Shown here: positions 1 to 7,621 of the stretch, piece by piece
How positions within the stretch are numbered: the first letter of the stretch is position 1
Layout of the letters: each line of letters starts with the position of its first letter
Origin: Escherichia phage Delraymugoa
Sequence record: OR896825.1
DNA: 64,000 bases
Direction: 5' to 3' (one strand)
The notes under the pieces: generated by a model
What the model was told of the DNA's origin: nothing
Databases searched by the model: none
Seen by the model: the letters and a program-made list of their open reading frames with translations, nothing else
Program-made: the position numbers and the translations under genes

Positions 1-134
1 CTGTTAGCAACTTCTTCGCTCATGAAAGAGCACTGTTTGCCGATGGTGTAGCGCACACGCTGTAATTTCAGTTTACGGAAGCCTTTAACGTTCAGGTCTT
101 TAGCGATTTTCTTTGCGGTTTCGATGTTAGCCAT
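1..134 (-). CDS. hypothetical early protein, N-terminal part only (gene runs off window start)
   Basis: ATG at 132-134 (minus) with upstream ggagaatcaaa-type leader; frame open to position 1. Confidence 0.4.
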   Translation of the reverse strand, partial: MANIETAKKIAKDLNVKGFRKLKLQRVRYTIGKQCSFMSEEVAN

Positions 135-174
135 TGTTTGATTCTCCTAAGTGGTATCTCGTCTTGATGGTTGT

Positions 175-204
175 ATTGTAGGGGAGTTATCCTCCCCCTG
201 TCAA
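175..204 (-). promoter_or_regulatory. early sigma70-type promoter (TTGACA-N18-TACAAT) with GGGGAGGATAACTCCCC hairpin in spacer (PeSL)
   Basis: revcomp of 199-204 = TTGACA; revcomp of 175-180 = TACAAT; palindromic spacer. Confidence 0.6.
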
Positions 205-218
205 CACTTTTTATAAAA

Positions 219-386
219 TTATTTGTTAATTTCTGGTGCGTTGCTAGGGTAGTAACCTTCTTTAACTCCGAGGTATTTCGCAACCATCCCTACAATCTTC
301 TGTGCTACTACAATGTCAAATTTCAGATAATCTTCGCCGTGGGTTTCAATGATATATGCTTCACATGCTGCTTTAGTCTCGAACAT
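219..386 (-). CDS. small hypothetical protein (55 aa), paralog of 3501..3668
   Basis: hand translation MFETKAACEAYIIETHGEDYLKFDIVVAQKIVGMVAKYLGVKEGYYPSNAPEINK; below ORF-track size cutoff; about 90% identical to second copy. Confidence 0.6.
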   Translation of the reverse strand: MFETKAACEAYIIETHGEDYLKFDIVVAQKIVGMVAKYLGVKEGYYPSNAPEINK

Positions 387-419
387 TTTGATTCTCCTAT
401 TTCGTTTCGGTATGTGTGT

Positions 420-448
420 ATTATAGGGGATCTCCCGATCCCCGTCAA
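420..448 (-). promoter_or_regulatory. early promoter TTGACG-N17-TATAAT with hairpin spacer (PeSL)
   Basis: revcomp 443-448 TTGACG, revcomp 420-425 TATAAT, spacer GGGGATCGGGAGATCCCC palindrome. Confidence 0.6.
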
Positions 449-462
449 CAACTTTTTTAAAA

Positions 463-744
463 TTATTCGTGATTAGTTTCGATGTTGTACATTTTGCACC
501 AGTTCAGCCAATCGCCCAGATCTTGATAGTTGATGCTTTTATCTGCTGCCATCGTTTTTGTCTTGATACCCATATGTGCGTTATGAGTAAGCATTTTTAC
601 AGTGAACTCGATTTTATCGCCTTTAGCTTTAACATCAACCAGTTTTGTCCACTGGCTACCAGCACCGCGAATGTTCATACCAACGATGTTTCCGATGTAT
701 GCTTCTTTGTTTTTCAGGATTTCGGTTGCTTTGATGAATTTCAT
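463..744 (-). CDS. hypothetical protein (93 aa)
   Basis: ORF with RBS tggagaatcaaaa upstream of ATG. Confidence 0.5.
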   Translation of the reverse strand: MKFIKATEILKNKEAYIGNIVGMNIRGAGSQWTKLVDVKAKGDKIEFTVKMLTHNAHMGIKTKTMAADKSINYQDLGDWLNWCKMYNIETNHE

Positions 745-777
745 TTTTGATTCTCCAGTTCGTTTCGGTATGGGTGT

Positions 778-806
778 ATTATGCTATGTTCTTACTTTGG
801 TGTCAA
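778..806 (-). promoter_or_regulatory. early promoter TTGACA-N17-CATAAT
   Basis: revcomp 801-806 TTGACA; revcomp 778-783 CATAAT. Confidence 0.55.
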
Positions 807-814
807 CAACTTTT

Positions 815-1084
815 TTAGATATTTTCAGAAATAAATTTTAAAACTTGACGTAAATGTTTCTCATCTTTGATAGTCGCCGGAAGTTCTTCTTTTACTTCCT
901 GTGCAAGATAGATATTTCCGTTCCAAGTGAAAGATCCGTCTTCGTTTACGCGATAGCTGAACATCCACTCGCAATCATTTTCGATTTCATATACACACAG
1001 AAGGGTGTAATCGTTAAAGCTATTGATTTCAAGGTCGAAGCCGTGACGTTTTGCAAAGTTGGTAGTGGTTTTAGTCAGCGCCAT
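815..1084 (-). CDS. hypothetical protein (89 aa)
   Basis: ORF with conserved early leader/RBS. Confidence 0.5.
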   Translation of the reverse strand: MALTKTTTNFAKRHGFDLEINSFNDYTLLCVYEIENDCEWMFSYRVNEDGSFTWNGNIYLAQEVKEELPATIKDEKHLRQVLKFISENI

Positions 1085-1124
1085 TGTTTGATTCTCCTAA
1101 GTGGTATCTCGTTTCGATGGGTGT

Positions 1125-1153
1125 ATTATGCTATAGGCGTGATCTGGTGTCAA
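1125..1153 (-). promoter_or_regulatory. early promoter TTGACA-N17-CATAAT
   Basis: revcomp 1148-1153 TTGACA; revcomp 1125-1130 CATAAT. Confidence 0.55.
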
Positions 1154-1173
1154 CAACTTTTTTAATTTTTTGG

Positions 1174-1202
1174 AAATAAAAAAGCCGACACTAAGGTCGG
1201 CT
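1174..1202 (-). terminator. rho-independent terminator (hairpin AGCCGAC/GTCGGCT followed by U-run on minus strand)
   Basis: stem 1183-1189/1196-1202, A-run 1174-1183 on plus = U-run on minus transcript. Confidence 0.6.
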
Positions 1203-1209
1203 AATAAAA

Positions 1210-1518
1210 TCATTTAGACAAATAATCATTCAGTGCAATCCGGTCGGCGTATGCTGGTGTTACGTCAATCGCAATCACTTTAACGCGTGCTTTCTTGCGA
1301 CCTGGGTTTTCTCGTAACCAGTGCTCATGACCGTGAACATTTTTATACTTTGATGCTTCTTCAAATGTACGGATCGGACCTGGATAATCTGCGTAAAGGA
1401 TCTCTAGGTCTTCGGTGATGTAAAAATATACATCATAATTACTGTTCTCTAGTTTAAGCAGAGACTTTCGGAACATTGGGAGATTTTCGCGGGTAAATTC
1501 AAAGATATTATCTTTCAT
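1210..1518 (-). CDS. hypothetical protein, HxHW-AVDV paralog family member
   Basis: motifs HGHEHW and VIAIDV shared with five other ORFs in 1.9-4.7 kb. Confidence 0.55.
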   Translation of the reverse strand: MKDNIFEFTRENLPMFRKSLLKLENSNYDVYFYITEDLEILYADYPGPIRTFEEASKYKNVHGHEHWLRENPGRKKARVKVIAIDVTPAYADRIALNDYLSK

Positions 1519-1571
1519 AGTATTATCCTCAATAGTTTGATGAAAAGGGGTGGGGCTTAACGCCCCGTATA

Positions 1572-1859
1572 TTAAAACAGTCCTTCCTGTACACCGTAGT
1601 AGAGTTCATCGCTGATAATTTCATTAATGCGACGGTGTGCATATTCCTGATTTGCGAAGTTATCAGCAAGTTCTACTTTAGTTTCGCCGTCATGAGTCCA
1701 TTTAGTGATAACTTTACCATCTGCAAATTTGAAGTTGAACTCTTTAGCTACTGCATCGCGTACCAGACGTGCGAACTTGTTGTTACGGATTGCATTATCG
1801 GTTTCGTGTGCAGCGTGAGCGAATTTATTAACTTTCAGAGTGATAGTAATGTATGCCAT
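1572..1859 (-). CDS. hypothetical protein (95 aa)
   Basis: ORF with upstream RBS ctaggagaatcaaat. Confidence 0.5.
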   Translation of the reverse strand: MAYITITLKVNKFAHAAHETDNAIRNNKFARLVRDAVAKEFNFKFADGKVITKWTHDGETKVELADNFANQEYAHRRINEIISDELYYGVQEGLF

Positions 1860-1905
1860 AATTTGATTCTCCTAGTTAGAAAGTGTATCTCGTTTCGATG
1901 GGTGT

Positions 1906-1934
1906 ATTATGCTATACACCCGATCTTATGTCAA
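1906..1934 (-). promoter_or_regulatory. early promoter TTGACA-N17-CATAAT
   Basis: revcomp 1929-1934 TTGACA; revcomp 1906-1911 CATAAT. Confidence 0.55.
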
Positions 1935-1940
1935 CACTTT

Positions 1941-2219
1941 TTATAAAATAATTTTTTGATATTTTTCTATGATGTTTGTGTAGGTCACGTCAACAGCTAG
2001 CACCGTTGCTTCGAATCCACCGTTTAACCAATGGCTATGATCATGATCGTGAAAGAAACCTAGACCAGTACGAAGACCTTCTTTATATTCGGCGCGTACA
2101 TTTAGATCATCATCGATAAACAGATAAAACCATGAATTTTTACTAGGATTGATGATACAACCTTTCAGATTAGGGAGAATATCACGACTAAGAATAAACT
2201 TATCACCTACTTTGAGCAT
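1941..2219 (-). CDS. hypothetical protein, HxHW-AVDV family (start trimmed to MLKVGDKF)
   Basis: HDHDHSHW and LAVDV motifs; RBS GAGGAAAA before ATG at 2217-2219; track start lies in promoter. Confidence 0.5.
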   Translation of the reverse strand: MLKVGDKFILSRDILPNLKGCIINPSKNSWFYLFIDDDLNVRAEYKEGLRTGLGFFHDHDHSHWLNGGFEATVLAVDVTYTNIIEKYQKIIL

Positions 2220-2242
2220 AATATTTTCCTCACTTATAAAGT

Positions 2243-2542
2243 TTAACTGTTGTTTTTCTCGTAATGCTGAATGCGTGCTTGATCTGCTTCCGCTGGTGAT
2301 AGATTCCATGCAACCACTACAACTTCTGACGCATCGTCATCCGTTTCTGATACCCAATGATTGTGATTCATACAGTTATTTGCGATCGAGTGAGCAAATG
2401 ATTTCATCACTGGAGACGTATAATCATAGTAACGGATTTTCAGATTTTCATCAACGTACAAATAGATCGTATAAGGTTTATATTCAGTAACCAGTAACAG
2501 ACAGTTACGCAATTCTGGGAAAATCTTTTTAGTTAATTTCAT
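2243..2542 (-). CDS. hypothetical protein, HxHW family (start trimmed to MKLTKK)
   Basis: NHNHW motif; RBS GAGGAT before ATG at 2540-2542. Confidence 0.5.
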   Translation of the reverse strand: MKLTKKIFPELRNCLLLVTEYKPYTIYLYVDENLKIRYYDYTSPVMKSFAHSIANNCMNHNHWVSETDDDASEVVVVAWNLSPAEADQARIQHYEKNNS

Positions 2543-2543
2543 T

Positions 2544-2762
2544 TTATAATCCTCGGTCGCGGCTATAGTACACGGTACGCCATACAATTTCATGTTTCGT
2601 GTCGCTCCAGCACACGATCTCATTTACTCTTAAATCTTTGTTATCAACAAAAGATGAACATTGTGACGCTTCTTTCATCATTTTATCTGCTGTTTTCTCA
2701 TCAAATACAGCACAGATTTCTTTATACACCCGATAATCTTTGAATTGACTCTGAATACCCAT
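2544..2762 (-). CDS. small hypothetical protein, paralog of 2722..2979
   Basis: shared motif K.Y..I..V.....A.KMM..AS.C.SF with neighbour. Confidence 0.4.
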   Translation of the reverse strand: MGIQSQFKDYRVYKEICAVFDEKTADKMMKEASQCSSFVDNKDLRVNEIVCWSDTKHEIVWRTVYYSRDRGL

Positions 2763-2979
2763 AATTAACACCATTCCAACCAATTGTTTTTGAGAAAACG
2801 TTTATCCACTGTTGAGTGTAACATGTTTCTTTCCATGATACAATACGAGTAGAATAATGGTTTTTGTTTCCAGAAAAGGACGGGCATTTTGATGCATCTT
2901 CCATCATCTTTTCGGCGAACTCTGGTGCGTATACTCGCAGGATCTGTTGATATGCTTTGTATTCTTTAAATTTGCTCAT
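2722..2979 (-). CDS. small hypothetical protein, paralog of 2544..2762
   Basis: shared motif; RBS AAGGTAG upstream. Confidence 0.4.
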   Translation of the reverse strand: MSKFKEYKAYQQILRVYAPEFAEKMMEDASKCPSFSGNKNHYSTRIVSWKETCYTQQWINVFSKTIGWNGVNYGYSESIQRLSGV

Positions 2980-3244
2980 AATCATTCACTACCTTATCAG
3001 CTTCTTTTGTTGTTTTTACATCAACTGCGATAACTCGTAAAGGTTCGTCATGGTTCCACCAGTGGTCATGAATATCAGCTTGTGATTTATCACCAAAGGA
3101 ATCACGAATATCATTTTTACATTTATAGCTAATGTGACCTTCATAGTCAACATAAAGGTAATTATCGAAAATCGGCGTTTTTAAGATCATACCGAAAAAT
3201 CTTTCTTTGTGTGTCTTATCCAGCGTTGCAGTAATTCGCATCAT
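2966..3244 (-). CDS. hypothetical protein, HxHW-AVDV family
   Basis: HDHWW and VIAVDV motifs. Confidence 0.5.
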   Translation of the reverse strand: MMRITATLDKTHKERFFGMILKTPIFDNYLYVDYEGHISYKCKNDIRDSFGDKSQADIHDHWWNHDEPLRVIAVDVKTTKEADKVVNDYEQI

Positions 3245-3256
3245 AATATATTCCTC

Positions 3257-3436
3257 TTAGAAAGGGATGGTCATTTCTTGAGCTTGTACGTTCTCGTTAG
3301 GATTAAACTTCATCCAGCCGATATTGTCTACCAGCATATGCACATTTTTATCATATCCTACGTGGGTAGTCAATACTGTATGTGCTTTACCTTCAATGAT
3401 GAGTTCCATGTGCTTCTGAACTTCGATAGCTTTCAT
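3257..3436 (-). CDS. small hypothetical protein (59 aa), not in ORF track
   Basis: hand translation MKAIEVQKHMELIIEGKAHTVLTTHVGYDKNVHMLVDNIGWMKFNPNENVQAQEMTIPF; RBS and promoter upstream. Confidence 0.5.
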   Translation of the reverse strand: MKAIEVQKHMELIIEGKAHTVLTTHVGYDKNVHMLVDNIGWMKFNPNENVQAQEMTIPF

Positions 3437-3468
3437 TTTGATTCTCCGTTTGTTGTCTTGATGGGAGT

Positions 3469-3497
3469 ATCTTACTACTCCCTTTAATCATTGTCAA
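3469..3497 (-). promoter_or_regulatory. early promoter TTGACA-N17-TAAGAT with GGGAGTA...TACTCCC hairpin (PeSL)
   Basis: revcomp 3492-3497 TTGACA; hairpin gggagtatcttactactccc. Confidence 0.5.
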
Positions 3498-3500
3498 CTA

Positions 3501-3668
3501 TTATTTGTTAATTTCCGGTGCGTTGCTCGGATAGTAACCTTCTTTAACACCCAGATATTTTGCGACCATTCCGGTGATCTTCTGTGCTACTACGATATCG
3601 AATTTCAGGTAATCTTCACCGTGGTTTGCTACAATGTATGCTTCGCATTCTGCTTTAGTCTGGAACAT
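3501..3668 (-). CDS. small hypothetical protein (55 aa), paralog of 219..386 (start trimmed)
   Basis: MFQTKAECEAYIVANHGEDYLKFDIVVAQKITGMVAKYLGVKEGYYPSNAPEINK; ATG at 3666-3668 after conserved leader. Confidence 0.6.
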   Translation of the reverse strand: MFQTKAECEAYIVANHGEDYLKFDIVVAQKITGMVAKYLGVKEGYYPSNAPEINK

Positions 3669-3702
3669 TTTTGATTCTCCTATATCTCGTTGGTATGTGT
3701 GC

Positions 3703-3731
3703 ATTATAGGGGATCGGTGATCCCCTGTCAA
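3703..3731 (-). promoter_or_regulatory. early promoter TTGACA-N17-TATAAT with GGGGATCACCGATCCCC hairpin spacer (PeSL)
   Basis: revcomp 3726-3731 TTGACA; revcomp 3703-3708 TATAAT. Confidence 0.65.
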
Positions 3732-3738
3732 CAACTTT

Positions 3739-4047
3739 TTATTCTTCATCTTCATCTTTATCTTGATATGCGTACTTCATAAATTTGTCTGCTACTTTGT
3801 CCGCGTTTTCAGGTTCTACGTCTGACGCTAGGACAACAGCTAGTTCGGTTTTGTCGTTTCCATCATACCAATGATTATGAGTGTCGTTTTCTTCGATATA
3901 AAACGAATCATTTGGAGTTGTGCGACAATATACGTCTAAATTCCCATCGATATAAAAGATCCAATCCGAATACAAAATGATTGTTTTAGCAAGATTTTTA
4001 TTGCCTTCAACGAAAGGTTCGGCTACAAACAAATTAGTATGTTCCAT
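3739..4047 (-). CDS. hypothetical protein, HxHW-AVDV family (start trimmed to MEHTN)
   Basis: THNHW and ASDV motifs; RBS GAGGAAA before ATG 4045-4047. Confidence 0.5.
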   Translation of the reverse strand: MEHTNLFVAEPFVEGNKNLAKTIILYSDWIFYIDGNLDVYCRTTPNDSFYIEENDTHNHWYDGNDKTELAVVLASDVEPENADKVADKFMKYAYQDKDEDEE

Positions 4048-4063
4048 AGTAATTTCCTCAAAA

Positions 4064-4255
4064 TTATACAGCTTCGTAAACTTCCCAATGTCCAACACCA
4101 GCACGCTTAACGAAAAGGTTTTCTTTGATGTTATTCATAAACGTCTGGATGGATTTAATGCGATTTGAAGGTTTCCAGTCTTCGTTGGTATTGCGTCGAT
4201 ACATCATAACATTACCAGTTCGCTTATATTCAGCAACCATTTTAAGACCACACAT
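4064..4255 (-). CDS. small hypothetical protein (63 aa)
   Basis: ORF with RBS GAGGATAA. Confidence 0.4.
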   Translation of the reverse strand: MCGLKMVAEYKRTGNVMMYRRNTNEDWKPSNRIKSIQTFMNNIKENLFVKRAGVGHWEVYEAV

Positions 4256-4312
4256 AATATTATCCTCAATTTGTGGGAGAGTATTACCCCTCCCAATGAT
4301 TGTTATGTTATA

Positions 4313-4633
4313 TCACACAAAATGGCGTGTCAATGCTTCTTTTGCGGTTCCGCTAAGACTTTCGATCTCGCCTGGCATAACATCAACCGCCAGAACTTCT
4401 ACAACATCCTCGGACCCTAACCAGTGAGTATGGCCTTTGTAGAACTTGATAACCAGACTACCTTCCTCATCCCATTTAACGCTATCGCTAGCCCACCACA
4501 CATCACCGTCGATAAAGTTGATGTAAAGCACACTACGCCACATTGAATTAATTACTTTCAATACTGCGCCTTTCATCTCTTCCACGGTGTGGTCTTCCAT
4601 TTTGAAGACCTCGCCTACCTTAACTTTTGCCAT
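4313..4633 (-). CDS. hypothetical protein, HxHW-AVDV family
   Basis: GHTHW and LAVDV motifs. Confidence 0.5.
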   Translation of the reverse strand: MAKVKVGEVFKMEDHTVEEMKGAVLKVINSMWRSVLYINFIDGDVWWASDSVKWDEEGSLVIKFYKGHTHWLGSEDVVEVLAVDVMPGEIESLSGTAKEALTRHFV

Positions 4634-4650
4634 TTAGTCACCTCTCTTTA

Positions 4651-4830
4651 TTACATAACAATCACGCCAGCCGTTGAAAGTTGATGTTTCAACTGAGCAT
4701 TTTCTGCTACCGTCAAATCAATGATTTCTTGTGAAGCTGCAATCATATAGCCATTGGTGATATTGTTTTGCATCAGTTCAATGGTTTCTTCGTTGTAGCG
4801 GATTTTAGCGATGATTTCGTTGAAGTTCAT
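4651..4830 (-). CDS. small hypothetical protein (59 aa, start trimmed to MNFNEII)
   Basis: ATG 4828-4830 after ctaggagaatcaatt leader; track N-terminus reads through promoter. Confidence 0.5.
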   Translation of the reverse strand: MNFNEIIAKIRYNEETIELMQNNITNGYMIAASQEIIDLTVAENAQLKHQLSTAGVIVM

Positions 4831-4864
4831 AATTGATTCTCCTAGTTCGTTTCGGTATGTGTGT

Positions 4865-4893
4865 AGTATAGGGGATCGGTGATCCCCTGTCAA
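4865..4893 (-). promoter_or_regulatory. early promoter TTGACA-N17-TATACT with hairpin spacer (PeSL)
   Basis: revcomp 4888-4893 TTGACA; spacer GGGGATCACCGATCCCC. Confidence 0.6.
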
Positions 4894-4901
4894 CAACTTT
4901 T

Positions 4902-5213
4902 TTAAAGTTTTTCCATGATAACGGTCATAATTATATCTTCTGCGCGAGCGGTCAGATTATCAGCGTCAGCATGTGGGCGGTTGGTTGTTACAGAGATAAC
5001 ACCGTTGCGCACTGGTTTGATGTTGATATCAAGATGATCCGCGAAACGTTCGCCAGTTACAGAATGAATTTTGGTGTTAAATTCTTTTGCCAGTGCCTTG
5101 CGAACTTCACGAATCAGGGTAGCGTTTTTCAGTTGGTTCTCCGCGCTCATGGTCTTCTGGGTGTTCATGGTTCCGTCGAAGTCAATCATTGGCAGCGTTA
5201 CGATGTATTTCAT
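4902..5213 (-). CDS. hypothetical protein (103 aa, start trimmed to MKYIVT)
   Basis: ATG 5211-5213 after conserved leader; track start is GTG inside promoter spacer. Confidence 0.5.
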   Translation of the reverse strand: MKYIVTLPMIDFDGTMNTQKTMSAENQLKNATLIREVRKALAKEFNTKIHSVTGERFADHLDINIKPVRNGVISVTTNRPHADADNLTARAEDIIMTVIMEKL

Positions 5214-5258
5214 TTTTGATTCTCCGTTTAAGAAAGTGTGTTTCGTTTTGATGTGTGT

Positions 5259-5287
5259 AGTATAGGGGATCACCGATCCCCTGTCAA
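5259..5287 (-). promoter_or_regulatory. early promoter TTGACA-N17-TATACT with hairpin spacer (PeSL), near-identical to 4865..4893
   Basis: revcomp 5282-5287 TTGACA; revcomp 5259-5264 TATACT. Confidence 0.6.
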
Positions 5288-5300
5288 CAACTTTTTTGAA

Positions 5301-5645
5301 TTATTTTTTCATGAGCTTAATGGCTTCTTCCATAGCCAGCACATTTCGATAGTTAGGGTATCTTGTTAGATCGTCATACATTCGCTTAAGGGTGGAAACT
5401 TCCTCAAACTCTGGGTTTTCAAGATACAATTGAACGAATTGTTTCTCTACCATCTCTGCTTTTAGCTTGTCTGCTTGTTCCTGTTCATATGATTTAGTTG
5501 GACCCAACACCAACAAAATGATAAAGGTGATCAACGGGCTAATGATCAACGATAGGAGAACATAACCGATAACGCTACGGTTTAAACGGCTTGCGTACAT
5601 GCCTACCAGGAAAACAAAAAGGATATAGATAAACAGAAAGAACAT
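5301..5645 (-). CDS. small membrane protein (two predicted TM helices)
   Basis: N-terminal hydrophobic stretches FLFIYILFVFLVGMY and VIGYVLLSLIISPLITFIILLVLG. Confidence 0.5.
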   Translation of the reverse strand: MFFLFIYILFVFLVGMYASRLNRSVIGYVLLSLIISPLITFIILLVLGPTKSYEQEQADKLKAEMVEKQFVQLYLENPEFEEVSTLKRMYDDLTRYPNYRNVLAMEEAIKLMKK

Positions 5646-5652
5646 ATAATGG

Positions 5653-6126
5653 TTACTCCTTATTTTCGCGCTCGTACTTTTCGAAATAAAATTCTACTGG
5701 CTGGTCGTGGATTGACAGCAAGCCAAAGCGTTTAGCCGCTCGCAACCCCATATTGCGCTGAATGTACTTCTGGAAGTTCTCGCGTATACACTTACGCCAG
5801 TATTCTAAGCCCATACAGCTTTTATAAAGATTGCATTGCACACACGCCGGATTCATGTTATCAAGTATATCATGTTCCGGTTTATGCATTCCTACAACCT
5901 TATACTTCCACGATCCATCATCATTACGGGCAATTCGTCCATTTTCATCATAGACAACCTTTGAGCGTCGTAATACTGGTTTGATATGGTCTGCGTGCCA
6001 GCGATCCCCTAGTTCCTCGCCACAATAGGCACAACGTCCACCGTATTTCATTTTCAGGATCTGGCGTTGCTCTTTCTTTGACAATTTTTTAGGTTTAGGG
6101 GCTTTCGCCCCTTCATTATCACACAT
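5653..6126 (-). CDS. HNH endonuclease (free-standing, homing-endonuclease-like)
   Basis: CAYCGEEL...HADHIKPV...NMNPACVQCN = CxxC / HxDH / N...CxxCN HNH motif. Confidence 0.7.
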   Translation of the reverse strand: MCDNEGAKAPKPKKLSKKEQRQILKMKYGGRCAYCGEELGDRWHADHIKPVLRRSKVVYDENGRIARNDDGSWKYKVVGMHKPEHDILDNMNPACVQCNLYKSCMGLEYWRKCIRENFQKYIQRNMGLRAAKRFGLLSIHDQPVEFYFEKYERENKE

Positions 6127-7621
6127 CGAATACCTCTTTTACTGTATTTGCAGTGGTCTTGTCGTAGCGAATACGTTTGATGATTGGGAGAAATAAAGAG
6201 AACTCCGGTTCATCTTCTTTACGTGATTTGCTGCGGATATACCCGTTGCATGTCATCTCAATAACTTTTCCAATCAGGTTATGACGGTCAGCCCATAACA
6301 TTTCTCGGTCGAGTTCATTTCGACGATCGAACGGAATTACACGTTCAGTACCATCATCACCTTTTTCGGTTGTAGTGTCGGTTAATCCCGATCCGGTGTT
6401 AGTCATCATTCGTCCGCACGCACTACGGACAGTAAAACCGCCTACCTTATTGGGGTCTTTACTATGCGGATATACATCAACAATTTCCGCGTCGAAGTCA
6501 ATCACTTCTTTAAATTTAACCTGATCTTTACTACGGCGATCTTCAAATACACCATGTAAATTTTTAAGGATAATACCTTCTAAGCCCATGTTGACATAAC
6601 GATGATATACTTCGCGAGCTTCATCGATATTGTTAACTACAGTGTTTTCGATGATCTGAACACGAGGATCGTTAAGTTCTTCAACAATCTGTTTTAGTTC
6701 TTCGAATCGATCTTTATATTGCTTCGTTGCTTTCTCGTTTCCGTAATACACATCACGGTCGATAACATCCCAGACAGTGTAAACAATACATTGGGCTTCT
6801 TCTTTTGGAATAGTTCCTTTAAGTGATTTGTTGAGGATACCATTTCCGGTCTGACGATCTGCAACAACGGATTCTTTCACTGCTTCCGCTACTGGCGTTA
6901 ATGGCATTTCCTCTTCTTCAAATATCCATGACAGAGTACCATCATAAACGCTTTCAACGAAGTTCTGCGCTGGTGTTTGCGAAAGGGTAGGCATATATAC
7001 CAATTCGCCATCTAGAACAATTCCACGGCCTCGTAGACGCTCTAAAACCGCAAACAAATCATCAAGCCCTTGATAGGTATTACCTGAGCGGGTATAGATT
7101 GCTAATGTTTCCCCGTCAATATCAGCCATACCACGAGCGCCATCGCTTTTAAGTTGTGCATACGCCGGATACTTGATATTAGCAATAGTCTTATCAGAAC
7201 ATGACGATGCAAGGTGGCACGGCTGCTGGGGGATCAGTTTCTTCCATACCTTGTTTGCAGTGGTAGCGGAACAGCCGCATTCCAGATCACGATTCAGGAC
7301 CATCATTGCAACTTTAGCATCATCCTCTGACAAGCAAGTCAGAGTATCGGTAACTAGTTGTAATGCTGCATTACCAGTTACTTGACGGGTGGCAAGTTTA
7401 TTTTTAAAGACCTGTAATGCACCGGATAAAGACAATACAGACGAATAGCGAGATGGTTTATCGTATTTCTTTACGCCAAACGTAACCTGTTTGCAATATG
7501 CCAGATAAAAGCATTCTTTCAGCGTTTCATTGCTTGCTGATTCTTTCAGAATCTTTTCTTTCAGCGATGTTTTGTCTGTTGCTGCAAGCTGATTAATGAT
7601 ATTAAGAATTGACATTTTCAC
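6119..7621 (-). CDS. 30: ATP-dependent DNA ligase (T4 gene 30 homolog)
   Basis: KxDG adenylation motif (AQLKSDGARG), 500 aa, position upstream of gene 31/cd as in T4. Confidence 0.9.
   Translation of the reverse strand: MKMSILNIINQLAATDKTSLKEKILKESASNETLKECFYLAYCKQVTFGVKKYDKPSRYSSVLSLSGALQVFKNKLATRQVTGNAALQLVTDTLTCLSEDDAKVAMMVLNRDLECGCSATTANKVWKKLIPQQPCHLASSCSDKTIANIKYPAYAQLKSDGARGMADIDGETLAIYTRSGNTYQGLDDLFAVLERLRGRGIVLDGELVYMPTLSQTPAQNFVESVYDGTLSWIFEEEEMPLTPVAEAVKESVVADRQTGNGILNKSLKGTIPKEEAQCIVYTVWDVIDRDVYYGNEKATKQYKDRFEELKQIVEELNDPRVQIIENTVVNNIDEAREVYHRYVNMGLEGIILKNLHGVFEDRRSKDQVKFKEVIDFDAEIVDVYPHSKDPNKVGGFTVRSACGRMMTNTGSGLTDTTTEKGDDGTERVIPFDRRNELDREMLWADRHNLIGKVIEMTCNGYIRSKSRKEDEPEFSLFLPIIKRIRYDKTTANTVKEVFDV

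Noticed and set aside
92-283. Minus-strand ORF of 63 aa
   Set aside because: It reads through the promoter at 175-204 and overlaps the real upstream gene end; explained as a fortuitous frame across the leader.
171-476. Plus-strand ORF (101 aa) and similar plus-strand track ORFs across 1..5300 (469..750, 602..841, 854..1165, 1635..1946, 2149..2490, 3209..3487, 4125..4427, 4971..5265)
   Set aside because: They are antisense to minus-strand genes that have promoters, leaders and RBSs; the plus-strand frames lack RBSs and are Cys/Phe-rich low-complexity translations.
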